Of a stretch of DNA of 64,000 nucleotides, positions 18,842 through 28,745 are shown piece after piece; position 1 is the first letter of the stretch; each line of letters begins with the position of its first letter. The notes under the pieces were generated by a model, which saw only the letters and a list, made by a program, of their open reading frames with translations, was not told the origin of the DNA and did not search any database. This DNA is from Candidatus Babelota bacterium (GTDB lineage: Bacteria > Babelota > Babeliae > Babelales > Vermiphilaceae). The stretch spans positions 12,081 through 76,080 of the forward strand of contig JBMOLF010000012.1 of assembly GCA_049325595.1 (NCBI GenBank), read 5' to 3'. The position numbers were made by a program, and so were the translations under genes.

Positions 18842-20074
18842 ATGGCTATACAAAAACGTACTATTATCACGATCATAGTAACGCTACTCATTTCCTATAA
18901 TGCGTATGCATCTTTTTTTGATAATCGATTTTTCCCTCCATTTGAACGTCCGTATGTAACTGTTGATTGTCGCCCATCTCACGCCGCATTTGATATTTTT
19001 GCATCAACATCTAAAACAGCATATGGTATTAATGGCAATGAAATTGGTATTCCTCAATTACAAGGAGTTCTTGATCAAGCAGAATGGGCTCGCTCGTTTG
19101 TAACAGCAGGATTTGCAAATCCTTTGCCTGCAGAATGGCAACTTGCAGAGCTTCCTTGGACTATGCAAGGTAAAATTCAAGCGCAAGGAATTGTACCATC
19201 ATATCAACAACAAATTACCTCATGGTTTTCAGTCGGGTTTTATGGTTTATTAATGCGAGTACAATCACGTTTTGAATTTTTTCTTGCTAAAGAAACTAAT
19301 ATTGTACTTACACAAAGTGATAAGTATGAACTTGAAGAAATTAGACGCTCCATGAGCGAATCTATTGGACTAAAAAGTGATCATTGGCATCTTATTGGTC
19401 TTGGCGATTTAGACTTGTATGCACGACTTAATAGAACCTGGTATTATTTTCTGAAGATGCGTCGTATTGATGCGGGGATTCGTTTTGGATTATTGGCGCC
19501 AATTGGCAATGCAATAAATTATTGTTACTCATCTTCAATTCCTTTTGGTGGTAACCGTCATTGGGGTACCTATGTAATGGGTGATGCAGAATTTGAAGTA
19601 AAAGAGGATTGGAAGGTTGGTGCATGGCTTCGTTTAAGTAAACGTTTTACCCGAATTCAAGAAGCTCGTATGCCCGTAGGTAAAGAGCCACAATTTTTAG
19701 GCTTGGTTGTAGGCCGCGCGTTAGTTGATCCAGGCTACACCGTATCATTCATGCCATATTTTTCATTGGAAAATTTACGTGAGGGATTGGGTGTGCGAGT
19801 ATTATATACCATAACGCACCATGAGCCAGATTATTGGGCCGATGCACGCAATGATAAATTTGTTCCTGTAAATTTAGAAGACGTAAAAAAGCGATCATCA
19901 TGGACATCAGAATATGTAACCATTATGATTTTTTATGATTTTGGTAAAACAAAAATAGAACGTGGTTTTAGTCCTATTGTGCGTTTTGCATGGGATGTTC
20001 CTCAAGTGCTCATCGCATCGCGTGATGTTCCTAAAGTCCATAAAGTTTCGTTAGGCGTGGAATTTAATTTCTAG
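18842..20074 (+). CDS. Putative outer-membrane beta-barrel protein
   Basis: Signal peptide ending AYA; aromatic-rich amphipathic strands; C-terminal VSLGVEFNF beta-signal-like end; AGGA RBS before ATG 18842. Confidence 0.65.
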   Translation: MAIQKRTIITIIVTLLISYNAYASFFDNRFFPPFERPYVTVDCRPSHAAFDIFASTSKTAYGINGNEIGIPQLQGVLDQAEWARSFVTAGFANPLPAEWQLAELPWTMQGKIQAQGIVPSYQQQITSWFSVGFYGLLMRVQSRFEFFLAKETNIVLTQSDKYELEEIRRSMSESIGLKSDHWHLIGLGDLDLYARLNRTWYYFLKMRRIDAGIRFGLLAPIGNAINYCYSSSIPFGGNRHWGTYVMGDAEFEVKEDWKVGAWLRLSKRFTRIQEARMPVGKEPQFLGLVVGRALVDPGYTVSFMPYFSLENLREGLGVRVLYTITHHEPDYWADARNDKFVPVNLEDVKKRSSWTSEYVTIMIFYDFGKTKIERGFSPIVRFAWDVPQVLIASRDVPKVHKVSLGVEFNF

Positions 20075-20112
20075 TAAGTAGCATGTTTTAACATGCACAA
20101 GGAAAAATAGGT

Positions 20113-21156
20113 ATGAAATTTTTTGCAGCTAAGAGAATATTTAGCATATTTTCAAATGATCTTGCCATTGATCTTGGTACAGCAAATACGGTGGTATATG
20201 TGCCAGGTAAAGGTATTGTACTTAATGAACCATCAGTTGTTGCAGTAAAAGCAAATACGAATCAAGTGCTTGCTGCTGGTAAAAGCGCAAAAGAGATGTT
20301 AGGGAAAACGCCTGAAAGTATTGTGGCATGTCGACCAATGCGTGATGGTGTTATTGCAAATTTTGAATTAACCGAAAGTATGCTGCGTTATTTTATTCGT
20401 ACGGTTCACAACGATCGCCGTACCTTAGTACGCCCTCGTATGATTATTGGTGTACCTTCAGGTATTACGCAAGTTGAAAAACGAGCTGTTGAAGATTCAG
20501 CAAAACAAGCAGGTGCTCGAGAAGTTTATACTATTATAGAGCCAATGGCAGCAGCAATTGGCGCAGGGTTACCGGTACAAGAACCTGCTGGTAGTATGAT
20601 TGTAGACGTAGGTGGTGGTACCACCGAAGTTGCCGTAATTTCATTAAAATCAGTTGTATTCTGTCGTTCGGTGCGAGTAGGTGGCGATGAAATGGATCGC
20701 GCTATTGTGCAATATGTAAAGCGCAAATATAACTTATTAATTGGTGAACGTACTGCTGAACGCATAAAAATTGATATTGGTGCCGCATTGCTTGATGCTA
20801 CCACAGCAGGACAATTTGTTGAAGTTAAGGGCCGTGATCTAGTCACTGGTGTTCCTAAAACTATTACCTTGAGCAGTGAAGAAGTTAATGAAGCATTGCT
20901 TGAAACCATTGCAAGTATTGTAGATGGTGTGCGCGTTGCACTCGAAAACACTCCACCAGAATTATCATCTGATTTGGTTGATAAAGGAATTATGATGGCA
21001 GGTGGCGGTTCGCAATTGCGTGGTCTTCATGAACTTATTTCCAAAGAGACCGGCTTGCCAGTCCATGTAGCTGAAGATCCTTTATTTTGCGTAGTAAAAG
21101 GAGTAGGTAAAGTTCTTGAAGAGTTAGATGTATTTAAAGATGCTTTAATGTCTTAA
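20113..21156 (+). CDS. mreB: Rod shape-determining protein MreB
   Basis: IDLGTANT, EPSVVA, RPMRDGVIA, EPMAAAIGAGLP, VDVGGGTTEVAVIS, GRDLVTGVP. Confidence 0.98.
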   Translation: MKFFAAKRIFSIFSNDLAIDLGTANTVVYVPGKGIVLNEPSVVAVKANTNQVLAAGKSAKEMLGKTPESIVACRPMRDGVIANFELTESMLRYFIRTVHNDRRTLVRPRMIIGVPSGITQVEKRAVEDSAKQAGAREVYTIIEPMAAAIGAGLPVQEPAGSMIVDVGGGTTEVAVISLKSVVFCRSVRVGGDEMDRAIVQYVKRKYNLLIGERTAERIKIDIGAALLDATTAGQFVEVKGRDLVTGVPKTITLSSEEVNEALLETIASIVDGVRVALENTPPELSSDLVDKGIMMAGGGSQLRGLHELISKETGLPVHVAEDPLFCVVKGVGKVLEELDVFKDALMS

Positions 21157-21166
21157 CTGGGGTTAT

Positions 21167-21952
21167 ATGTCTGCCTATTCGCATGGTATTGCTATAAAAA
21201 AACGCTTTGGCCAACATTTTTTGCGCAAACAGTCTGTTGTTGAGCATATGCTTGATAATGTATCGCTTGATCAACAAAGTTCGGTGTTTGAAATTGGTTG
21301 TGGGGATGGTTTTTTAACCAAAGAAATTATTAAGCATCCATTTGCACGTTTATGGATTTTTGAAATAGACCCCGAATGGGCAGAATTAGTAAAAAACACG
21401 GTGGCAGATAAACGCACAGAAGTATTTCTAGAAAATATTTTAGACGTTAATTTTGAGCGTTTTGAGCCTTATAAGCCATGGACATTACTTGCCAATCTTC
21501 CTTACCAAGTTACTTTTCCTATTTTGCATCTCTTGCAAAAAAATCGTCATCTTCTTAAAGAAGGGGTGATTATGGTGCAAGAAGAGGTTGCGCAAAAGAT
21601 TGTAAAAACAAGTGGTAGAGGGTATGGGTTTCCTTCATTATTTTTCCAATATTTCTTTGAATGGAAAATGTTAGAAAAAATTCCACCAACTGCTTTTTTA
21701 CCACCGCCAAAAGTATTTTCTCGTTTGCTGTATTTTAAACCCAAAGATCAGTTGACACCAATCCCGGATGAAGCTGACTTCTGGAAATTTATTAAATTAT
21801 GTTTTTTGCAGCCACGTAGAACACTCAAAAACAATTTAGCGCAAACACATTTTAATTTAGCACTACTTTCAGAAGATCTGCTCAAAAAGCGAGCACAAGA
21901 ACTTCAGTTTGAGCACTTTTTAGAAATTTGGCAGGCTTTGCGTGCACAGTGA
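21167..21952 (+). CDS. rsmA: 16S rRNA m6,2A1518/1519 dimethyltransferase
   Basis: KKRFGQHFL, EIGCGDG, ANLPY, MVQEEVA, F.PPPKV.S. Confidence 0.96.
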   Translation: MSAYSHGIAIKKRFGQHFLRKQSVVEHMLDNVSLDQQSSVFEIGCGDGFLTKEIIKHPFARLWIFEIDPEWAELVKNTVADKRTEVFLENILDVNFERFEPYKPWTLLANLPYQVTFPILHLLQKNRHLLKEGVIMVQEEVAQKIVKTSGRGYGFPSLFFQYFFEWKMLEKIPPTAFLPPPKVFSRLLYFKPKDQLTPIPDEADFWKFIKLCFLQPRRTLKNNLAQTHFNLALLSEDLLKKRAQELQFEHFLEIWQALRAQ

Positions 21953-23205
21953 GTTGCGTACCATTGTTCTTTAACATATTGTTTATGCCATTGCCGTGCT
22001 TGATCATAGGCTGCCTGGCGACGTTTTTGATAGTATTTGCGGGTATAAGTAGGCCGAAATTTATTAGCAAGTGCCATATAATGGTCGATTTTATCATTAA
22101 TCCATTGATCACAAACAACTATGTGTCCTTTTTTATTATCTTTGATTGAGACTACATTATGATAGGTATCAATTTTCATATAAGCAGTTTTGCATGGGTC
22201 AAGATAAGGTTCAGCTTGCTTTATGTAATGCAATAATGTTGGTACTAATGTTGCTACTGGTAGTGGACAAAAAGGTAATGAAGGACGATAACTACATTGT
22301 GTCCAGCCAAAAAACCACAGTTCTGTATGTCCTGGTGAAATGTCTCGCATTAAAAACGATTTACATGAAGGGTTAGGGCATGGTAGTTTGCGATCATTGC
22401 CACCTGCTCTTTTTAAGAATATTAAATTAACTTGTACCAATTTTTGCGGGAGTTCAAAGCCTTTTCGTGGTCTAAATATACGCTCAGAAAAAAAGCGCTT
22501 GCTCGTAAAAAAATCCAACGTTTGTGGCATATCAGCATTTGAGTATAAGTGATATATTTTTTGATACATAGAATCATTTATCAAATAATCAGTTTCACAT
22601 TGTATCGGTGCACCAATTAAAACCATGGTATTAATAGTAAAAGGATTTATAGTAGTTTGCTCTCGTTTTATTGCGGCAAGACTCAGCAAAATATTAGCAC
22701 CATGACTATAACCAACAGCCATTAACTTTACGGTATGTCCTTGAGCGGTATGCCGCTTTATTTCAGCTGATAATTCTGCATATAATTGTTCAGCTGCTTT
22801 GTAACGCTCAGAAATACTCAGCAAACTAGACCATCCAAAGGTGTAATATTTATGTTCACATGAACTATTGTTGGCTATTTGTTCTTCAAATAAATGCGCC
22901 ATTGCACCGGCAGCATAGCCGGGAATTATTTTGTTCATATCTATAGGAAGTAATCCTAGTCCTTGAATGGGCTGGCTTTGTTGAAAAAAAGGATCGGTGC
23001 GCACCAGTAAAATATTTTTTTTGTATAAGGTATTTTCAATATCATCATTAAATAAATGAATAAGCGTGCTGGTATTTAAATGGGCTTCAATATTCATAAT
23101 ACCATGCACAAATACGTACATGCATATTGTTTTTTTGGGTTCTTCTGTATGCGCAGCAAAAAAGGTGATAAAGCAGCTTAACAGAAATAATCTTTTGCAA
23201 AACAT
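21904..23205 (-). CDS. Exported alpha/beta-hydrolase-like protein (putative lipase/esterase)
   Basis: Signal peptide; VFVHG oxyanion motif; FGWS; nucleophile elbow GYSHG; YSNAD and PGHTEL as candidate Asp/His. Confidence 0.7.
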   Translation of the reverse strand: MFCKRLFLLSCFITFFAAHTEEPKKTICMYVFVHGIMNIEAHLNTSTLIHLFNDDIENTLYKKNILLVRTDPFFQQSQPIQGLGLLPIDMNKIIPGYAAGAMAHLFEEQIANNSSCEHKYYTFGWSSLLSISERYKAAEQLYAELSAEIKRHTAQGHTVKLMAVGYSHGANILLSLAAIKREQTTINPFTINTMVLIGAPIQCETDYLINDSMYQKIYHLYSNADMPQTLDFFTSKRFFSERIFRPRKGFELPQKLVQVNLIFLKRAGGNDRKLPCPNPSCKSFLMRDISPGHTELWFFGWTQCSYRPSLPFCPLPVATLVPTLLHYIKQAEPYLDPCKTAYMKIDTYHNVVSIKDNKKGHIVVCDQWINDKIDHYMALANKFRPTYTRKYYQKRRQAAYDQARQWHKQYVKEQWYATHCARKACQISKKCSN

Positions 23206-23214
23206 ACCAAATCC

Positions 23215-23730
23215 TTATCGATTTTCCTTACACTCAGCTGATTTATATAGCTCATCCATGCAGAGTGGTTTGAAAGGGATAGTTCCTCTACCACCAGCCC
23301 ATGGTGCTGCAGTTGTACATGAGGCACGTGTTCTCGTGCGATTTTGATCGATAGTTAATAAGTTAATACAATCTGATTTATCTGTTTGTTCGCCAAACCG
23401 AGGGTAACAATAAATACGATAATGATAGTGTGGCCCCGTGCCTGCAGAATCAAAGCTGAATTGAACTGCTTGAGTAGGATTGTGCCACTCATAACGACCA
23501 ATTTTTTTTATTTGTTTATCACCAGAAAACAAAAAAGCTTCTAAGACAATTTGTTGAGCATGTCTATTGTATAGCGTTAAATATCCGCAAAGTCCCGTTT
23601 GCGCTACTGCGTAAATATATGAATTACCTTCGGCATCTTCTTTTATTGTGGGTTGGTTGCAAAATAAGGAGTTATGAGCCAGTAAGCCTATTAAAATGGT
23701 AGTAATAAAATGTAAAACCAGATATTTCAT
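23215..23730 (-). CDS. Exported hypothetical protein
   Basis: 171-aa ORF with AAGGA RBS and signal peptide. Confidence 0.7.
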   Translation of the reverse strand: MKYLVLHFITTILIGLLAHNSLFCNQPTIKEDAEGNSYIYAVAQTGLCGYLTLYNRHAQQIVLEAFLFSGDKQIKKIGRYEWHNPTQAVQFSFDSAGTGPHYHYRIYCYPRFGEQTDKSDCINLLTIDQNRTRTRASCTTAAPWAGGRGTIPFKPLCMDELYKSAECKENR

Positions 23731-23889
23731 ATTAATCCTTGTGATTAACTAGTTACACAGAGACTATATCAATTAATTATTTCTAATTGCAATAATATAA
23801 ATTATTTTAATATGCTTTTTGCTTCAGCAATGCATAATCTAAAAATATTTTAAATAAGGGGATAATGGTCTTTTGATGAAAATAATTCT

Positions 23890-23917
23890 TTGACAGGCAG
23901 AATATAAAAGATATTCT
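23890..23917 (+). promoter_or_regulatory. Putative sigma70 promoter of the WD40 gene
   Basis: TTGACA-N16-TATTCT. Confidence 0.45.
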
Positions 23918-23951
23918 TTTATTTTATTTTCCCAAAGTGAAAAGGTGCGTT

Positions 23952-25358
23952 ATGAAAAGATTAATTTTAGCTTTTATAGTAAATAGCCCATTCATGGTTT
24001 TTGCTTCTGATAAAATCCCGTCGTTAAAACACATAACCATGGAAACATTTTGCAAAGATCTTGAAAATAAATCTTCGTTAGATGCTCGAGAAAAAAGCAT
24101 AACAGATTTAGCTAAAAATCAATTTTTACCTACCGATTTGCTTGGTAATCTAGACGAAGAAAATGCTATTCAAGAGCCTCATACTTTACTTGGCTATTTA
24201 GAAAATTCACGACGATGGGTAGTTGCTTCATCTATTTTATCTTGCTACGAAAGAGAAGGAGCTTATCCTATTACATTTAGTCCCGATAATAATCTTTTGA
24301 TTACTGCTGAGCCCGAGGAAGTGGTGAGTGGTTTTAGTGTTAATAATTCAACAAAACGTTTAAAGGTGTGGAATATTGCTCAAAAAGAGCTCAAACATAC
24401 CTATAATAATTATAGCGGTAATGCAAAAACAGTAAGATTTTTAGATAATAATAAGTTGTTATTTGCAACTAATGACGCTCGTTTAGCTATAACTGATATA
24501 CGATCAGGAAAAATTCACATGGCACCCTGGCTCATACATCCTATAAAAATAGTTATGGCTCATAAAAATGGAGAAAAATTTGTTTCAGCAAATAATACCC
24601 TTCGTTTATGGCAAATGGCACCTGATACATTTGCCAGAACTGAACTAAAAACATTAGATTGTGATTTTGTGTCCGCTCTTTTTTTGGATGATACGAGCTT
24701 AGTATCTGGATCAGAAGATGGAACATTATATTTTTGGGATTTAAAATCTAATAGTGAAACCAGAATTTATTACGCAGGGGCTATTCGTTCTATTGTTGCT
24801 ACACCAGATGGTATGAAAGTAATAACAGATACTAATAGTAGTGTAAATATATGGGATAGACAAGCTAACAAACAGGTAATTCTTGCTCTTGAACCCAATG
24901 GTATCAAATTTTTGCGTATGTCTGCAGATGGTAAGAAAGTGGTGTATGCAACTGATAAAGCAGTTCAAGCTATTGATCTTGCTACGCTGGAACGCAATAC
25001 ATTGGTAACCGATGCTACCGTAAATTCAGTAATGGTAACGCCAGAGAGTAATGATGCGGTTTGCTGTGTTGAAGAATATAATCAAGATTCAAAAAAATTT
25101 GAGTCATACCTCAAAATATTTGACTTAACAACTAACATACAAATTGCAGAACATTATGCCGATCAAGCTAAAAATATGGCTATAGCCCATAACTGTTTAG
25201 CTGTAAATTCTCACCATGGTTCTATCGAGTTGCTTAAATACGGCATGAAATGGAAAGATATTTTAAAAAATATGCCAGTTAAAACTGAGGTTGGACAATT
25301 TAATGAGCAAGAAAATGAAGATTATCAAAACGATAGATATTATGATGAATATGCATAA
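23952..25358 (+). CDS. Exported WD40-repeat protein
   Basis: Signal peptide ending VFA; repeats FSPD..LIT...LKVWN, LRLWQ, LVSGSEDGTLYFWD, VNIWD, LKIFD. Confidence 0.85.
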   Translation: MKRLILAFIVNSPFMVFASDKIPSLKHITMETFCKDLENKSSLDAREKSITDLAKNQFLPTDLLGNLDEENAIQEPHTLLGYLENSRRWVVASSILSCYEREGAYPITFSPDNNLLITAEPEEVVSGFSVNNSTKRLKVWNIAQKELKHTYNNYSGNAKTVRFLDNNKLLFATNDARLAITDIRSGKIHMAPWLIHPIKIVMAHKNGEKFVSANNTLRLWQMAPDTFARTELKTLDCDFVSALFLDDTSLVSGSEDGTLYFWDLKSNSETRIYYAGAIRSIVATPDGMKVITDTNSSVNIWDRQANKQVILALEPNGIKFLRMSADGKKVVYATDKAVQAIDLATLERNTLVTDATVNSVMVTPESNDAVCCVEEYNQDSKKFESYLKIFDLTTNIQIAEHYADQAKNMAIAHNCLAVNSHHGSIELLKYGMKWKDILKNMPVKTEVGQFNEQENEDYQNDRYYDEYA

Positions 25359-25527
25359 GTCTAGAAAATTCATTTATTCCATTGTAAAAAGCAAGCTGAA
25401 CAAGCTAGCAACGATACGATAGTATGGACTGTAGATAATAAGACTGAATACCAATTACTTGAAGAAAAACTCAAAAGAATGGCCGAAAAATTGGGCATTA
25501 ATGATTTTAATTATGAGTAAGATTAAT

Positions 25528-25556
25528 CCCCCAGCGTGTAGGAACATTGCTGGGGA
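25528..25556. terminator. Hairpin between convergent genes (likely bidirectional terminator)
   Basis: ccccagc...gctgggg stem flanked by AT-rich tracts. Confidence 0.6.
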
Positions 25557-25563
25557 AATTTAT

Positions 25564-26334
25564 TTAATTATTGTTTCTTATGCCTGAAAATTGTAAAAAA
25601 TCTTCTCTATTTACCGTAAAACATTTAACGGTGCAAGGTTTAGGTACAACTTTAGTAAAACCATTTGGTAAATACACTTCCCCATGATATACAAAGGGTT
25701 TTCTTGCGTTACCTTCATTCTTTTTCATCACGCAATTTATACACCGTTCATGGTCTTTATTAATGCATAATGCAAGACCCTTTAGCTGCTTAAATTCATT
25801 GGCAACAAATAGTTTGCTGAGCAATGCATACAAAGATTCTCGTGCATATCCTTTGCCCCATTCTGAGGGTTTGAGACATAAGCCCAAATTCGGGTAATTT
25901 TTATAATGTTCAGGATCATATTTCCTGAGTAGTTCTAAAATATTTTTATCATCAAGATTCATAATGCTTAATGAGCCAATAACTTCATGTTCATTCGCGG
26001 GTTTTTCAGCATCTGTTTTTCTTATCATCCAACGATGAAAAGTCCATTTTGAGGGCATTAAAAAAACGAGTGGTGCTACAATTTTTGTTTTAAACCAGGA
26101 ATCAGCAATTTTTTTAATATCATCCTCGCTTGCTTCAGAACAGAACATGTAGCGCGACACTTGATGATCGCTTGCTAATGTTACAAAATGTTTTGCATCG
26201 GTAACACCAGCTTTTTGAATAGTCAAATGAGGAGTAATAATATAATTAGGATCAGTATTATTTACCAATGCTAGTTTTTCATGAGCTTTGATGAGTGCCG
26301 AAAAACAAAAGATCGTAATGATAAATTTTTTCAT
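25564..26334 (-). CDS. RimJ/RimL-like GNAT acetyltransferase with signal peptide
   Basis: TPHLTIQ, W.I...EVIGSLSI, LKPSEWGKGYARE acetyl-CoA-binding motif A. Confidence 0.8.
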   Translation of the reverse strand: MKKFIITIFCFSALIKAHEKLALVNNTDPNYIITPHLTIQKAGVTDAKHFVTLASDHQVSRYMFCSEASEDDIKKIADSWFKTKIVAPLVFLMPSKWTFHRWMIRKTDAEKPANEHEVIGSLSIMNLDDKNILELLRKYDPEHYKNYPNLGLCLKPSEWGKGYARESLYALLSKLFVANEFKQLKGLALCINKDHERCINCVMKKNEGNARKPFVYHGEVYLPNGFTKVVPKPCTVKCFTVNREDFLQFSGIRNNN

Positions 26335-27053
26335 ACTTCTTCCTCTATATTATGAGATGATAAAGCTAATATTGCTGATTTGGAAAGTGTAAAAATTCTA
26401 AACTGAGTTAGGTGTGGAACAAGAGTAGTTCCATTTGGAAAAAGCTGAGTTCCCGTATCACTAAAACCTTCTAAAGAGCCAGCATATTTATGTATGCAAT
26501 GAATCATTTTATCATTATCTTTTGCACAAGTGCCAACTATTCCGTCGGCATCTTTGTATGCAGTATGAGTAAAAACAGCTGGTAAAAGATGAGTTAGAAC
26601 TTCTTTAAAATAACCTTTGTGTTGATTAGACTCGTCAAAAAAAATTGAAAGGCTTTTGTAATTATCGCTTGGTAACAAATGTTGAACGGCCGAATCTTTA
26701 TTTTTTAACGCTACATATCCAATAACTTTTTGTGTTTCATTAGAGATTATTTTCCATCTAAATCCTCTTATTGGTTTGCCAAATAATGTTTTGTTTCGGG
26801 CTGCAAAATCTAAGAAAAAATATGTTTTTGCCAATGCACTATTAAATTTAGTTTTAAGCTCTTCTGCAGTTATTTTTCCACCCACTAAATATTGGCATAC
26901 CGCATCACTCGAAGTCATGAGGTCTTGATAATTATGGCGATCGTTAACATTAGCATATTGTAATGTGAGATGGGGTGTTTTTAGTAAAGAAACATGCTCT
27001 TGTGCTCTTATGGAGCAAAAAATTGGTGTTAAGATAAAAATTATTTTTTTCAT
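26331..27053 (-). CDS. RimJ/RimL-like GNAT acetyltransferase with signal peptide
   Basis: KTPHLTLQ, WKII...VIGYVAL, NQHKGYFKE, KDN; ATGA overlap with the downstream gene. Confidence 0.75.
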   Translation of the reverse strand: MKKIIFILTPIFCSIRAQEHVSLLKTPHLTLQYANVNDRHNYQDLMTSSDAVCQYLVGGKITAEELKTKFNSALAKTYFFLDFAARNKTLFGKPIRGFRWKIISNETQKVIGYVALKNKDSAVQHLLPSDNYKSLSIFFDESNQHKGYFKEVLTHLLPAVFTHTAYKDADGIVGTCAKDNDKMIHCIHKYAGSLEGFSDTGTQLFPNGTTLVPHLTQFRIFTLSKSAILALSSHNIEEEV

Positions 27054-27802
27054 GTACGTTCCTTGTCGTGAGCAGATTCAGTTGAATTAATTTGTTCTAA
27101 AATTTGTTGGCGTGAGATGGTGTAGGCATTCATATAAAAAAGTGAAGAATAACGATAGTGAAAATAACCTTGATCAACCAATCCATATTTAAGGCTTTGA
27201 GTTTTAGGATTTTTAATTACTTTTTGTGCATGAATGTTATCAATATTCGTAAGTAATGTAAGTCCGGTGCATTTTTTAAATTTTTTATGGGTAAATACAG
27301 CAGGTATAAATTGAGAAAATAATTCGGTACTTAATTTTTGTCCTTGCCAATTACGTTTGAGCACCAAAGTTAGGTTGTAATTGTTCTTGTGTGCAGCACG
27401 TAAATTTTCATTTACATTCTTAAAAATTTTATGAAGACCAACAAACCCTATGGTTTGATGTGATGTTTTATCTTCAATCTTCCAGACATGCGCATAATGC
27501 TTCATGTTTATTATTTTTAAAAATAATAAAATTCTCATTTTATTGGGCCAATAATGTAAATCATTTTTAAATTTAGCGCTACTAATGCGGCGATGGAATA
27601 AATAGTAACGCAGTACGTCGTCATTACTCATAACATCAATTAAATCGTCAATATCTTTTGTTTGTGCGGGGCGTAAAAAGCAGCGCTTGGTTTCTAATTG
27701 ATATAATTTATTAAAAGAGGGAATATGCAAGATTGAGGATGGCTCGTTGGTTTTTATGATTACATGTGAAAAAAAAATTACGGTTAAAAAAAGTTTTTTC
27801 AT
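27050..27802 (-). CDS. RimJ/RimL-like GNAT acetyltransferase with signal peptide
   Basis: LETKRCFLRP, WKIEDK..TIGFVGL, WQGQKLSTE, DNIHAQKV. Confidence 0.8.
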   Translation of the reverse strand: MKKLFLTVIFFSHVIIKTNEPSSILHIPSFNKLYQLETKRCFLRPAQTKDIDDLIDVMSNDDVLRYYLFHRRISSAKFKNDLHYWPNKMRILLFLKIINMKHYAHVWKIEDKTSHQTIGFVGLHKIFKNVNENLRAAHKNNYNLTLVLKRNWQGQKLSTELFSQFIPAVFTHKKFKKCTGLTLLTNIDNIHAQKVIKNPKTQSLKYGLVDQGYFHYRYSSLFYMNAYTISRQQILEQINSTESAHDKERT

Positions 27803-27825
27803 TACCACCCTCTTTTTTAAAAGGT

Positions 27826-28314
27826 TTAAAATAACATAAGCCCTGCCATTACAGCCATAAGCAAATCTTCGCCTAAGGTAACATAGGTCATAGGAATATT
27901 AAAGAGGGCACCTAAGCATGCGCATTGGATAGTTTCACGTTTTTGTAGTTTTTTATATACCCCAATGCTTCCTATTGCCATAAGAATCAACGTAATTAAT
28001 GACATAGCTTTTACCTGCCAATTCATTATGAATGCTATACCCAAAGCGAGCTCAATAAATGGATAAAGATATCCCCACAAAGGGAATCGCTGGGTAATTA
28101 TATCGTATTCGCGATAAGCACGTGCAAATGCTTTGGTATTAATTGCTTTAAATCCACCAAAAACTAAAAAGAAAATCCCCATAAAATCGGTCATAGCGCC
28201 ATGAATAGAAAAACCACGCAGCCATTGAACTACTATAGTCAATATAACCACTAAACTACCAATTATAATAAGAGGAAGAAATTTACGTAAAGACGTAGGT
28301 TTATTTGTGTACAT
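27826..28314 (-). CDS. MauE/DoxX-family membrane protein
   Basis: FMGIFFLVFGGFK, F..AY..YD, YPFIELALG, CACLG, EDLLM. Confidence 0.85.
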   Translation of the reverse strand: MYTNKPTSLRKFLPLIIIGSLVVILTIVVQWLRGFSIHGAMTDFMGIFFLVFGGFKAINTKAFARAYREYDIITQRFPLWGYLYPFIELALGIAFIMNWQVKAMSLITLILMAIGSIGVYKKLQKRETIQCACLGALFNIPMTYVTLGEDLLMAVMAGLMLF

Positions 28315-28386
28315 ACTTGCCTTTCATTTTTTTACCACGATACACTTGCTAGTATATAGTAAGTGTCAAGTAGCAAAGGAGTTTTT

Positions 28387-28740
28387 ATGGCGGTGAAACT
28401 AAATAAATTAGCCGTTGAGCATGCAAAAAAATTAATAAAGGGGAAATTAGAGGTTGCAAAGCATCATTCAGATTGGTCAGAAGATAAGCCGACTCAAGAT
28501 GAAGTGGTAAAATATTTAAACACTCACGATATCCAAGATTACGCCTTGTGGTTTTTAGGAATTAATACTGATTTTCCAGAAGAATCAAAAGAGCGGTATG
28601 ATTATCCAACTGGTGATTTAAAAATTATTCACATAAGTGCGTTAAAAGATTCTTTAAAACACGCGCGCCATCATGGTCATACAGAAATTGAAAACGCAGC
28701 AAAAGAATTAATTAATTTGATCGAAACTACCATAAAATAA
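28387..28740 (+). CDS. Hypothetical protein
   Basis: AAGGAG RBS before ATG 28387; soluble 117-aa product. Confidence 0.75.
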   Translation: MAVKLNKLAVEHAKKLIKGKLEVAKHHSDWSEDKPTQDEVVKYLNTHDIQDYALWFLGINTDFPEESKERYDYPTGDLKIIHISALKDSLKHARHHGHTEIENAAKELINLIETTIK

Positions 28741-28745
28741 ATTTT

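Noticed and set aside
25356..25364. Stop-codon reassignment or readthrough suggested by coding-like tails behind stops
   Set aside because: TAA, TAG and TGA all end genes at expected positions (mreB TAA, PBP1A TAG, pheT TGA), so the standard code 11 fits.
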